Shown: piece after piece, positions 54,625 through 61,757 of the stretch
Position numbering within the stretch: the stretch's first letter is position 1
Layout of the letters: the number at the start of each line of letters is the position of its first letter
DNA from: Verrucomicrobiota bacterium
GTDB lineage: Bacteria; Verrucomicrobiota; Verrucomicrobiia; Opitutales; Opitutaceae
Direction: 5' to 3'
Length of the DNA: 61,757 nt
NCBI GenBank assembly: GCA_003402695.1
Contig: QQNC01000001.1
Coordinates: 1 to 61,757, forward strand
The notes under the pieces: model-generated
What the model was told of the DNA's origin: nothing
Database searches by the model: none
Seen by the model: the letters and a program-made list of their open reading frames with translations, nothing else
Position numbers and translations under genes: made by a program

Positions 54625-55947
54625 TCAGACTTGGCTGAACACCAGCGACGCGTTTGTGCCGCCGAACCCGAAGCTGTTCGCCAGCGCGGCGCGCACTGGC
54701 TTCCGCACCGCCGTGTTGGGCGTGAAGTTCAGGCCGGTCGCCGCGCACACGGGATCCAGGTTCGTCAGGTTGATCGTCGGAGGCACGATGCCGTCGCGAA
54801 TCGCCAGCACCGCGGCAAACGCGCCCATCGCGCCCGCGCCGCCGAGCAGGTGGCCGATCATGGATTTCACGCCGCTCACGTGCAGGTTCGCCTTGTTGTC
54901 GGCAAACACGGTCGCGATCGCCGCGGCTTCCTCGCCGTCACCACCCGGGGTTGAGGTCGCGTGGGCCGAGACATAGTCGATTTCCGTGGGCGCCAGACCG
55001 GCGCGCTTCAATGCGAGCCGCATCGCCCGGGCCGAGCCCTCGGCGCCGGGCGCGAGCGAGGACAGGTGATAGGCATCCGCCGTCGCGCCATAACCGCGGA
55101 GCTCGGCGTAGATTTTCGCGCCGCGTTTCAGGGCCTGCTCGTATTCCTCGAGCACAAAGACCACGCCGCCCTCCGACAGCACAAAGCCGTCGCGGTCCTT
55201 CTCGTACGGCCGCGAGGCCTGTTCCGGCGCGTCGTTGCGCGTCGAGAGTGCCCGCATCTGCGCAAACGCGCCGATGCCCAGCGGCGTCACCGTCGATTCG
55301 GCGCCGCCCGCAATCATCACATCGGCGTCGCCGCGCACAATCGCCGCCGCCGCCTCGCCCAGCGCGTGGCCGCTCGTGGCGCACGCCGAGGCGACGCTCA
55401 TGTTCGGCCCGCGACAGTCGAGCAGCAGGCTCACCTGGCCAGCCAAGAGGTTGGGGGCGATCTGAATGATGAAGAACGGGGAGATTTTTCGGAAGCCGCC
55501 CGCCTTCCACGTGTCGTGCATCGCCTCCATCTCGGGCAGGCCGCCGAGGCCGACGCCGAGGTTCACGCCCATCCGCTCGGGATCGAGCGTGGCCCGGTGC
55601 GCATCGAGACCGGAGTCGGCGTACGCCTCGACCGCCGCCGCCGCGCCGAGATGCGTGAAGCGGCCGAATTTCTTCACATCCTTCGGCGTGATCGCCTGCG
55701 TCATCGGATCGGACCCGGGACCGCGCGGGTGCAGCGGCGCCGGCAACGGCCGCGCGGGATCAAAGTTTCTCACCTCGCCCGCGATGTGCGCGGTGCAGCC
55801 GGTGGGATCAAAGCGCGTGATCCGCCCGATGCCGCTGCGGCCGGCGATGAGCGCCGCCCAGGTTTCGGGGGCGGAATTGCCGCAGGGAGTGACGGCGCCG
55901 ATACCGGTGATGACCACGCGGCGGGCGGGAATGGAGGCAGGATTCAT
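54625..55947 (-). CDS. fabF: Beta-ketoacyl-ACP synthase II
   Basis: 440 aa. RVVITGIGAVTPCG, active-site ACATSGHA, HATSTPGGD, KSMIGHLLGGAG, SFGFGGTNASLVF. Confidence 0.93.
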   Translation of the reverse strand: MNPASIPARRVVITGIGAVTPCGNSAPETWAALIAGRSGIGRITRFDPTGCTAHIAGEVRNFDPARPLPAPLHPRGPGSDPMTQAITPKDVKKFGRFTHLGAAAAVEAYADSGLDAHRATLDPERMGVNLGVGLGGLPEMEAMHDTWKAGGFRKISPFFIIQIAPNLLAGQVSLLLDCRGPNMSVASACATSGHALGEAAAAIVRGDADVMIAGGAESTVTPLGIGAFAQMRALSTRNDAPEQASRPYEKDRDGFVLSEGGVVFVLEEYEQALKRGAKIYAELRGYGATADAYHLSSLAPGAEGSARAMRLALKRAGLAPTEIDYVSAHATSTPGGDGEEAAAIATVFADNKANLHVSGVKSMIGHLLGGAGAMGAFAAVLAIRDGIVPPTINLTNLDPVCAATGLNFTPNTAVRKPVRAALANSFGFGGTNASLVFSQV

Positions 55948-56534
55948 GGGACGAAAGCGAAGGTTTTGCGGAGCATGCGCCGGGAGGACGACAGCAGCGC
56001 ATCGCTGCGCGCCGGGTCGTCCGTGGCCCGGGCAAAAATCAGGGCGCCGACAAGCGAACTCATCAGGTGGGTGACGCGATCGCGGTTTTCGCCGGGGTCG
56101 CGCGCGAGGCGCAACGCCTCACACAGCCGGTCGATGTGACGCACAAAGCCCCGCGCATAGTCCCCGCGCGCCGGGCCGCTGAGCCGCGCCATGTCGGCGC
56201 CGACCGCGACCACGAGGCAGCCCGAGCCGCGGTTGTCGCGGTGGTGGGTGGAAAGATAACTGTCGATCAGGAGCCGCGCGCGCCGGGCCGCCGTGGGCTG
56301 GGCCGCGATGCGGTCCAGGTTCACCACCGCCTCGTCGAACGCCTCGGCGCAGGCCTCCGCGACCAGCTCGGTCTTGTCTCGGAAATGCGCATAAAACCCG
56401 CCGTGCGTCAGCCCCGCCCGCCGCATGACCTCGTCCACGCCGACGCCCTCCACCCCACGCTCACGAAACGCCGCACTCGCCGCCGCGACAATGCGGCGAC
56501 GCGTGGCATGCTTGTGAGCAGGGGGATAGCGCAT
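55944..56534 (-). CDS. TetR/AcrR-family transcriptional regulator
   Basis: 196 aa with the N-terminal HTH FRERGVEGVGVDEVMRRAGLTHGGFYAHF. The stop overlaps the fabF start (ATGA). Confidence 0.85.
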   Translation of the reverse strand: MRYPPAHKHATRRRIVAAASAAFRERGVEGVGVDEVMRRAGLTHGGFYAHFRDKTELVAEACAEAFDEAVVNLDRIAAQPTAARRARLLIDSYLSTHHRDNRGSGCLVVAVGADMARLSGPARGDYARGFVRHIDRLCEALRLARDPGENRDRVTHLMSSLVGALIFARATDDPARSDALLSSSRRMLRKTFAFVP

Positions 56535-56640
56535 CGGAGGCGTTTAAATGACGAGCGTCATACCAAATGGCAAGCCCTAGTCTTTGCTAAGGTCCGCCAG
56601 CGCAAAATCACGGCCGGCCAGTCGCTCAAGCCATCGTCAT

Positions 56641-56680
56641 AAATTACCTATTCTATTTATAATATTAGTCTTATAAGACC
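56641..56680. promoter_or_regulatory. AT-rich promoter/operator candidate in tetR-HIT divergent intergenic region
   Basis: aaattacctattctatttataatattagtcttataagacc. I noticed no other intergenic stretch this AT-rich in the window. It contains TATAAT (56658-56663) and two TTATAA palindromes 14 bp apart (56657, 56671). Confidence 0.25.
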
Positions 56681-56820
56681 CCTGTGTCCCTTGGGTCGCC
56701 ACCACCCAGCGGTCCCGACCCCACCCGCGGCGTCTGACTCCCTCACGCCCAATTCCCCGCCCAGCCCGACCTTTCTTTGACTTTGCCGGCACCGCTCGTT
56801 TTGCTCGCCGCCCTTTGAAA

Positions 56821-57339
56821 ATGCAGCAGCTGCACGCCTATTGGCGCATGGAATACATTCAGGCGCCGCGTTATCCCGCTGCGTTGAAGCGCCCCTTCAC
56901 GGACTTGCCCGCCATGGGCGATGACCGGGCTGCGCTCATCGTATACCGGAGCCGCCTGTCCTATCTCGTCCTCAACCGCTATCCCTACAACCCCGGCCAT
57001 CTGCTCGCGGTCCCGTTTCGCGAGGTGTCCGATCTGGATCAACTGACCCCGGCCGGACGCGCCGACCTGATGGAGACCATGACGTTCGCCAAGCGCCTAC
57101 TCGGCGCCACGCTCAAGCCCGACGGCTACAATCTCGGCTTCAATCTCGGCTCCGCCGCCGGCGGTAGCATCGCCCACCTCCACGGCCACATCGTCCCGCG
57201 CTGGAACGGCGACAACAACTTCATGCCCGTCCTCGGCCAGACCCGCATCCTTCCCGAATCCCTCGAGCGCGCCTGGGAAAAACTCTCCGCCGCCGCCGAA
57301 AAATTAAGGAAGAAAGCAAAAGGTAGAGGGAAGAAGTAA
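56821..57339 (+). CDS. HIT-family nucleotide hydrolase/phosphorylase (Ap4A phosphorylase-like)
   Basis: ATG 56821 (the ORF track starts at TTG 56815). LVLNRYPYNPGHLL and the histidine triad HLHGHIVPRW. The last ~12 codons (KLRKKAKGRGKK) lie in a REP arm. Confidence 0.85.
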   Translation: MQQLHAYWRMEYIQAPRYPAALKRPFTDLPAMGDDRAALIVYRSRLSYLVLNRYPYNPGHLLAVPFREVSDLDQLTPAGRADLMETMTFAKRLLGATLKPDGYNLGFNLGSAAGGSIAHLHGHIVPRWNGDNNFMPVLGQTRILPESLERAWEKLSAAAEKLRKKAKGRGKK

Positions 57340-57393
57340 TCGTTCCGCCCTCTTCTGTTCCGGCCACTTCTTCCTTCTTCCCTCTGCCTTCTC
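57306..57393. repeat. Purine/pyrimidine-rich REP-like palindrome (aaggaagaaagcaaaaggtagagggaagaagt / acttcttccttcttccctctgccttctc)
   Basis: Imperfect inverted repeat. The left arm encodes the C-terminal KLRKKAKGRGKK and the stop of the HIT gene. Confidence 0.65.
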
Positions 57394-57404
57394 ACTTTCA
57401 GCCA

Positions 57405-58415
57405 GTGCCCGTCAAAACCCTCCATTTTCCCAGCCCCCGCCACCTGTCCGCGCTGTACGCCGGCCGCGAGGAAAACCTCGCCCACGCCGAGCGCACCCTC
57501 GGCGTGAAGCTGATCACGCGTGAGGGCTGGCTGAAAATCGAGCCCGCCCATGGCGCATCCGCCACCGAGGCCGCCGGGCCCATCGCCCGCACCGAGGCCC
57601 TGTTCAACTTCCTCAACGAGGCCCGCGGCCAGGGCATGACCATCCGCACACCGGACTTCCACCGCATCGCCGACGGGTTCGCCCGTGGCGAGGGCGAGCA
57701 GATGCGCGCCCTCATTGACGAGCCGCTGGTCATCGCCACCAACCGCAAGAGCATCGTTCCGAAAACCCTCGGCCAGAAACTCTACCTCCAGTCGATGCTC
57801 GCCCACCCGGTCGTCTTCGGCATCGGCCCCGCCGGCACGGGCAAGACCTACCTCGCCATGGCCGCCGCCGTCTCCGCCCTCCTGCGCAACGAGGTCGAGC
57901 GCATCATCCTCACCCGCCCCGCCGTCGAGGCCGGAGAGACCCTCGGCTTCCTCCCCGGCGACCTGCGCGAAAAGATCCTGCCCTACCTCCGCCCGCTCTA
58001 CGACGCGCTCGGTGACATGCTCGACCCCGAGGACACCGCCCGGCTCACCGAGAAAGGCGTCATCGAGATCGCCCCGCTCGCCTATATGCGCGGCCGCACC
58101 CTCTCCCATTCGTTCATCATCCTCGACGAGGCCCAGAACGCCACCGCCGAGCAGATGATGATGTTCCTCACCCGCCTCGGCGAGGACTCGCGGATGGTCG
58201 TGACCGGCGACATCACCCAGATCGACCTCCCGCGCTCCAAGGCCAGCGGCCTCCTCGAGGTCCGCCACATCCTCACCGACATTCCCGGCATCGACTTCCA
58301 CACCTTCAGTGGCGCCGACGTCGTCCGTCACCCGCTCGTCCAGAAGATCATCGAGGCCTACGACCAATACCGGAACCCGATGACCCAGGACGCGGCGACC
58401 CCCGGAAAATCCTAA
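57405..58415 (+). CDS. phoH: PhoH-family ATPase
   Basis: GTG start, 336 aa. Walker A GPAGTGKTYLAMA, ILTRPAVEAGE.LGFLPGD, Walker B IILDEAQN. Confidence 0.9.
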   Translation: MPVKTLHFPSPRHLSALYAGREENLAHAERTLGVKLITREGWLKIEPAHGASATEAAGPIARTEALFNFLNEARGQGMTIRTPDFHRIADGFARGEGEQMRALIDEPLVIATNRKSIVPKTLGQKLYLQSMLAHPVVFGIGPAGTGKTYLAMAAAVSALLRNEVERIILTRPAVEAGETLGFLPGDLREKILPYLRPLYDALGDMLDPEDTARLTEKGVIEIAPLAYMRGRTLSHSFIILDEAQNATAEQMMMFLTRLGEDSRMVVTGDITQIDLPRSKASGLLEVRHILTDIPGIDFHTFSGADVVRHPLVQKIIEAYDQYRNPMTQDAATPGKS

Positions 58416-58510
58416 CCGGCCGTTACCGTGCAGAAGTCGAAAATCGCTATTCGGAAATCGTAAATCTACCGGCTTCGTCACTCTTCCCTCATCCCTTTTC
58501 CCTTCCGTCC

Positions 58511-60874
58511 ATGTCCGTTCGCAACCAGCTCAAGCTTCTCGTCGGCGGCCTCAGCGCGCGCCGCGCCGGACGCCCCGCGACGGCCCACTCCGCCACCCAG
58601 GAGTTCTTCGATCGCAGCCCCCTGGTCGCGATGCTCATCTTCGTCGTCACGGTCACCGCCATCGTGCTCATCAGCTCGGCCGGCCTCACCACCCTCAACG
58701 TCCCCGTCCTTCCTCACCAGCTCGCCACTGTCCGGGTCGTGGCGGTGACGCCGTTCACCTACCTCAGTCTCGAGCAGACCACCGCCGCGGGCGAGCAGGT
58801 CGTCAACCGCCTGCCACCCGTTTACCGGCTCGACCTGGAGACGTCCCGACGCTTCGACGCCGATGCCCGGGCCCTGCTCGTGCAGTTGGAGGGCTTCGAA
58901 CGCACCCATCCGGCCAACGCCCTCCGGCTCAATGATCCCCGGGCCGAATTCGCCACGCTGGTGGAGGCGTTCAATGCCCGGGGCCCCTATCACGCCAACG
59001 CGGAGGATGTCGCCGCCGTGCTCGCCGCGGGTGATGCCAAGGCGCGCGCCGCCCTCTTCGACACCGGACTCGCCGCCCTCCGTGACGTCGCCGCCGAAGG
59101 CGTGCATGACGACGATCTCGGCGTCTCCGCCCCGGGCAATGTCACCGTTTTCCAAGTCATGCGGCCGACCGGTGTGATCGCCCTCCGACCGGTTCAATCA
59201 ATGGAGGAAGCCATGACCTTTCTCCGCGTCAGCCTTGACGTCGAGGGCGTGCCGCGCCCGACCGCGCTCGCGCTCTTCCGCTTCTTTCGCACCGGCCTAA
59301 AAGCCAACCTGGCCTTCGACCGTGACGCCACGCAGGCCCGCGAAGCCGAAGCCCGCCGCCAGGTGAAACCCGTGCTCGTCAGCGTCGCCCGCGGCCAGAC
59401 CATCATCGAGCCCGGCGAACGCGTCTCGCCCGGGCAGTTCGAGATGCTCATGGCCTACCGCCGCTTCCTGCGCGAACACACCGACACGGCCTTTGAAGAG
59501 GGCCTCACGCTCTTTGGCCGCATCCTGCTCGTGCTCGCGATGGTCATCGCCAGCGTGCTCTACATCCGGCTCGAGGACGCCGAAACCCTCCAGCGCAACG
59601 GCCGGCTGGGCCTCCTCGCGCTCGTCACGATCTTCAACCTCGCACTCGTGCGGCTGGTCTACTCCATCGGCGGTCTCGATTTCTTCATCCACGACGGCTC
59701 CTGGGCCTCGACCCTGCCGTACGTCGCCCCCACCGCGCTCGCCCCGCTCATCGTCGCCATCCTGATCGACGCCGGCTCGGCCATCTTCATGGCGCTGCTC
59801 ATCTCGATCTTCACCGGGGTCATCTACGGCAACCGGCTCGACCTCGTGGTGCTTACTTTCCTCGCCTCGCTCGTCGCCATCTTCGGCTGCCGGGTCGTGC
59901 ACAAGCGCGGGCGCGTCGTCCGCGCCGCCGCCGCCGGCGGGCTCACGCTCGCGCTCTTTGCCCTGCCCATCGGTTTCGCCGACCAGGTGCCGTTCGCCAC
60001 GCTCGCCCGCCAGATGACTGCCGCCGTCGCCACCGGCCTGCTCACCGGCATGGCCGTCGTCGGCGTGTTGCCCGTGCTGGAGTCGCTCTTCAAGCGCACC
60101 ACCGACATCACCCTGCTTGAGCTCACCGACTACAACCACCCGCTGCTCCGCCAGCAGCAGCTTGAGGCCCCCGGCACCTACCACCACTCGCTCGTTGTCG
60201 CCCAACTCGCCGAAAACGCCGCCAACGCCATCGGCGCCAACCCGCTACTCGCCCGGGTTTGCGCGCTGTTCCACGACATCGGCAAGACGCCCCACGCCGC
60301 CTATTTCACCGAGAACCAGCGGGAAAGTCTCAACCCGCACGACGGCCTCACGCCGATGGCCTCCGCGCAAATCATCAAGGCGCACGTGACCGACGGCGTG
60401 GAACTCGCCAACCGGCACCGCCTGCCCCGCGCCGCGATTGACGTCATCCAGCAGCACCACGGCACCACCCTCGTGCGCTCGTTTTACCTGCGCGCCGTCG
60501 AGCAGTCCCGGGTGCCTTTCCCGGTCAAGAACCTCCCGCACCCGATCCCGCTGCTCGCGCCCCCGGTGGAGGCGGCCTACCGCTACGACGGCCCCAAACC
60601 GCAGTTCAAGGAGAGCGCCATCATCTCACTCGCCGACGGCGTCGAGGCCGCCACGCGCTCGCTCCGCTCCGTCAGCGCCGGCCAGCTCGTCCCGCTCATC
60701 GACCGCATCGTCGGCGACCGCATCGCCGACGGCCAGCTGGACGAGGCCCCGCTCACCTTCGAGGAATTGAACAAGGTGAAGAACAGCTTCCAGTTCACGC
60801 TGCTCAACATGCTCCACGCCCGCGTCGCCTATCCCGCCGGCGAGCAAACGACCACGACCGAAGCCAAGGCCTGA
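58511..60874 (+). CDS. 7TM-receptor-linked HD-domain phosphohydrolase (PgpH/YqfF-like)
   Basis: 787 aa with an extracellular N-domain, 7 TM helices and the HD domain (HSLVVAQLAE...LFHDIGK...HH). It occupies the conserved position between phoH and ybeY. Confidence 0.85.
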   Translation: MSVRNQLKLLVGGLSARRAGRPATAHSATQEFFDRSPLVAMLIFVVTVTAIVLISSAGLTTLNVPVLPHQLATVRVVAVTPFTYLSLEQTTAAGEQVVNRLPPVYRLDLETSRRFDADARALLVQLEGFERTHPANALRLNDPRAEFATLVEAFNARGPYHANAEDVAAVLAAGDAKARAALFDTGLAALRDVAAEGVHDDDLGVSAPGNVTVFQVMRPTGVIALRPVQSMEEAMTFLRVSLDVEGVPRPTALALFRFFRTGLKANLAFDRDATQAREAEARRQVKPVLVSVARGQTIIEPGERVSPGQFEMLMAYRRFLREHTDTAFEEGLTLFGRILLVLAMVIASVLYIRLEDAETLQRNGRLGLLALVTIFNLALVRLVYSIGGLDFFIHDGSWASTLPYVAPTALAPLIVAILIDAGSAIFMALLISIFTGVIYGNRLDLVVLTFLASLVAIFGCRVVHKRGRVVRAAAAGGLTLALFALPIGFADQVPFATLARQMTAAVATGLLTGMAVVGVLPVLESLFKRTTDITLLELTDYNHPLLRQQQLEAPGTYHHSLVVAQLAENAANAIGANPLLARVCALFHDIGKTPHAAYFTENQRESLNPHDGLTPMASAQIIKAHVTDGVELANRHRLPRAAIDVIQQHHGTTLVRSFYLRAVEQSRVPFPVKNLPHPIPLLAPPVEAAYRYDGPKPQFKESAIISLADGVEAATRSLRSVSAGQLVPLIDRIVGDRIADGQLDEAPLTFEELNKVKNSFQFTLLNMLHARVAYPAGEQTTTTEAKA

Positions 60875-60887
60875 ACCCGATTGATGT

Positions 60888-60979
60888 GGCCCGCGAAACA
60901 CGCGAATGAACGCGAATTCTGAAACGGTCACTCCGGCGTCTTCTGCTGTTTCGCGTCATTTCGCGTGATTCGCGGGCCA
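60888..60979. repeat. REP-like palindrome, family F, copy 2
   Basis: tggcccgcgaaacacgcgaatgaacgcga ... tcgcgtcatttcgcgtgattcgcgggcca: 29-bp arms with a few mismatches. Confidence 0.8.
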
Positions 60980-60993
60980 AATATCCGCCTCCA

Positions 60994-61512
60994 ATGCCCC
61001 GCGAAATCCTCATCGCCAACCGCCATCCCCGCCTGCGCCTCAACCGCCGCGCCGTGGCCCGCGTGATCCACACGCTGGACGCGAACTCGGCGGCTTTTCG
61101 CCCGAAGGGAATCGCCGCCTCGCCGAAAAAGAAACCATCGCCCATCGCCCATCACCCATCGCCCACCACCGAACTGTCGGTGGTGTTCCTCACCGACCCC
61201 GCCCTCGCCCAGCTCCACGCCGACTTTCTCGCCGACCCGACGCCCACGGACGTCATCACCTTCGAAGGCGATCCCACCCAAGGCACCGCCGGCGAAATCT
61301 GCGTCTCCGTTGACGCCGCCATCCGCGAAGTCGGGCCCCGCCGCGACTTTTCCGCCGAACTCACGCTGTACCTCGTCCACGGCTGGCTTCATCTCGCCGG
61401 CTTCGACGACCTCCTGCCGGCCAAAAAACGCCAGATGCGCCGCGCCGAGGCCCGGGCCATGAAGCTTTTGTGCTCCGCGGGGGCCCTCCCGGAGTTTTCT
61501 TCGCTCCGCTAG
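60994..61512 (+). CDS. ybeY: rRNA maturation endoribonuclease YbeY (variant metal motif, repeat-derived insertion)
   Basis: 172 aa. PTDVITFE and VHGWLHLAGFDD correspond to the YbeY TDVLSF and HGxLHLxGYDH motifs. It follows phoH and the HD hydrolase, as in many bacteria. Confidence 0.85.
   Translation: MPREILIANRHPRLRLNRRAVARVIHTLDANSAAFRPKGIAASPKKKPSPIAHHPSPTTELSVVFLTDPALAQLHADFLADPTPTDVITFEGDPTQGTAGEICVSVDAAIREVGPRRDFSAELTLYLVHGWLHLAGFDDLLPAKKRQMRRAEARAMKLLCSAGALPEFSSLR
61135..61170. repeat. Tandem heptamer repeat (CCCATCR)n embedded in-frame in ybeY
   Basis: ccatcgcccatcgcccatcacccatcgcccaccacc encodes PSPIAHHPSPTT. Confidence 0.7.
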
Positions 61513-61757
61513 CGCCGGCCCAAGGCCAATCCCTTGCGCTGGCCCAGGAGATCGAAAGGCCCGCCCCACAGACCGATCCGGAGAACCGATCCGGGGTCCG
61601 GCGGAACACTCCTCCCTCGCCGGACCACTCAATCCCCCTCTCTCCGCCCATGTCGTTTTCACTTAATAAGTGCAAACGACCCAGGCTTCTTGAAGGCGCG
61701 CAAAAAACTTTGCGTTGGGGCGGGTTTCACCGACCCTAGGCGCCTCCCATGGCCATC

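Noticed and set aside
61135-61170. Heptamer tandem repeat in ybeY as a slipped-strand phase-variation switch
   Set aside because: There are only about five imperfect units, in a normally essential housekeeping gene. A gain or loss of one unit would frameshift ybeY. There is no evidence of heterogeneity from a single sequence, so it is kept only as a repeat-insertion observation.
61470-61757. ORF 61470..61739 and a possible gene start at the right edge (ATG near 61749)
   Set aside because: The ORF has no motifs and its composition is unlike coding sequence. The terminal ATG has only 3 codons inside the window, so nothing can be supported.
1-61757. Search for CRISPR arrays, rRNA, transposases, integrases, prophage or toxin-antitoxin/restriction-type defence islands
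   Set aside because: I saw no regularly spaced direct repeats with unique spacers, no rRNA-like stretches, and no ORF with DDE/tyrosine-recombinase, phage structural, methyltransferase or nuclease-defence motifs. The SNF2 helicase stands alone without partner genes.

Overview
High-GC (roughly mid-60s % by eye), densely coding chromosomal segment. I can support 55 protein-coding genes (one truncated at the left edge, one an internally deleted remnant) and one tRNA-His. I found no rRNA, CRISPR array, transposase or integrase. Gene content and the intergenic palindromic repeat families suggest a Verrucomicrobiota (Opitutales-like) genome, but that is inference only. Most content is housekeeping: lipid A/LPS (lpxA, fused lpxC-fabZ, waaA), translation (efp, argS, miaA, ybeY, tRNA-His), hisI, trpA and fabF. 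There is also a complete Pho block on the minus strand (porin-pstSCAB-phoU-phoB-phoR, 34.9-43.2 kb), phoH-HD hydrolase-ybeY, a TolC-family protein, a ClC channel and an SNF2 helicase. The least ordinary parts are: (i) A four-gene module at 10.2-17.6 kb, where two ~780-aa cytoplasmic heparinase II/III-fold paralogues bracket a secreted helical protein and a membrane-anchored solute-binding protein with no ABC partners. (ii) A translationally coupled four-gene operon at 49.0-53.0 kb (GT4, UgtP-like GT28, DAG-kinase-fold, LpxH/PlcP-fold phosphoesterase). Every product can be linked to diacylglycerol, and it is preceded by phased GT(A/C)AC repeats like those upstream of the porin-pst operon. (iii) Many distinct REP-like palindrome families, several of which supply stop codons or C-terminal tails to genes. 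(iv) A thymidine-phosphorylase homologue whose Gly-rich phosphate loop is replaced. (v) An in-frame-deleted lipid-kinase remnant and a small lower-GC islet next to tRNA-His. I did not find a convincing defence island, mobile element or other clearly novel system. The two operons in (i) and (ii) are the best candidates, and both remain hypotheses that need searches I cannot run.
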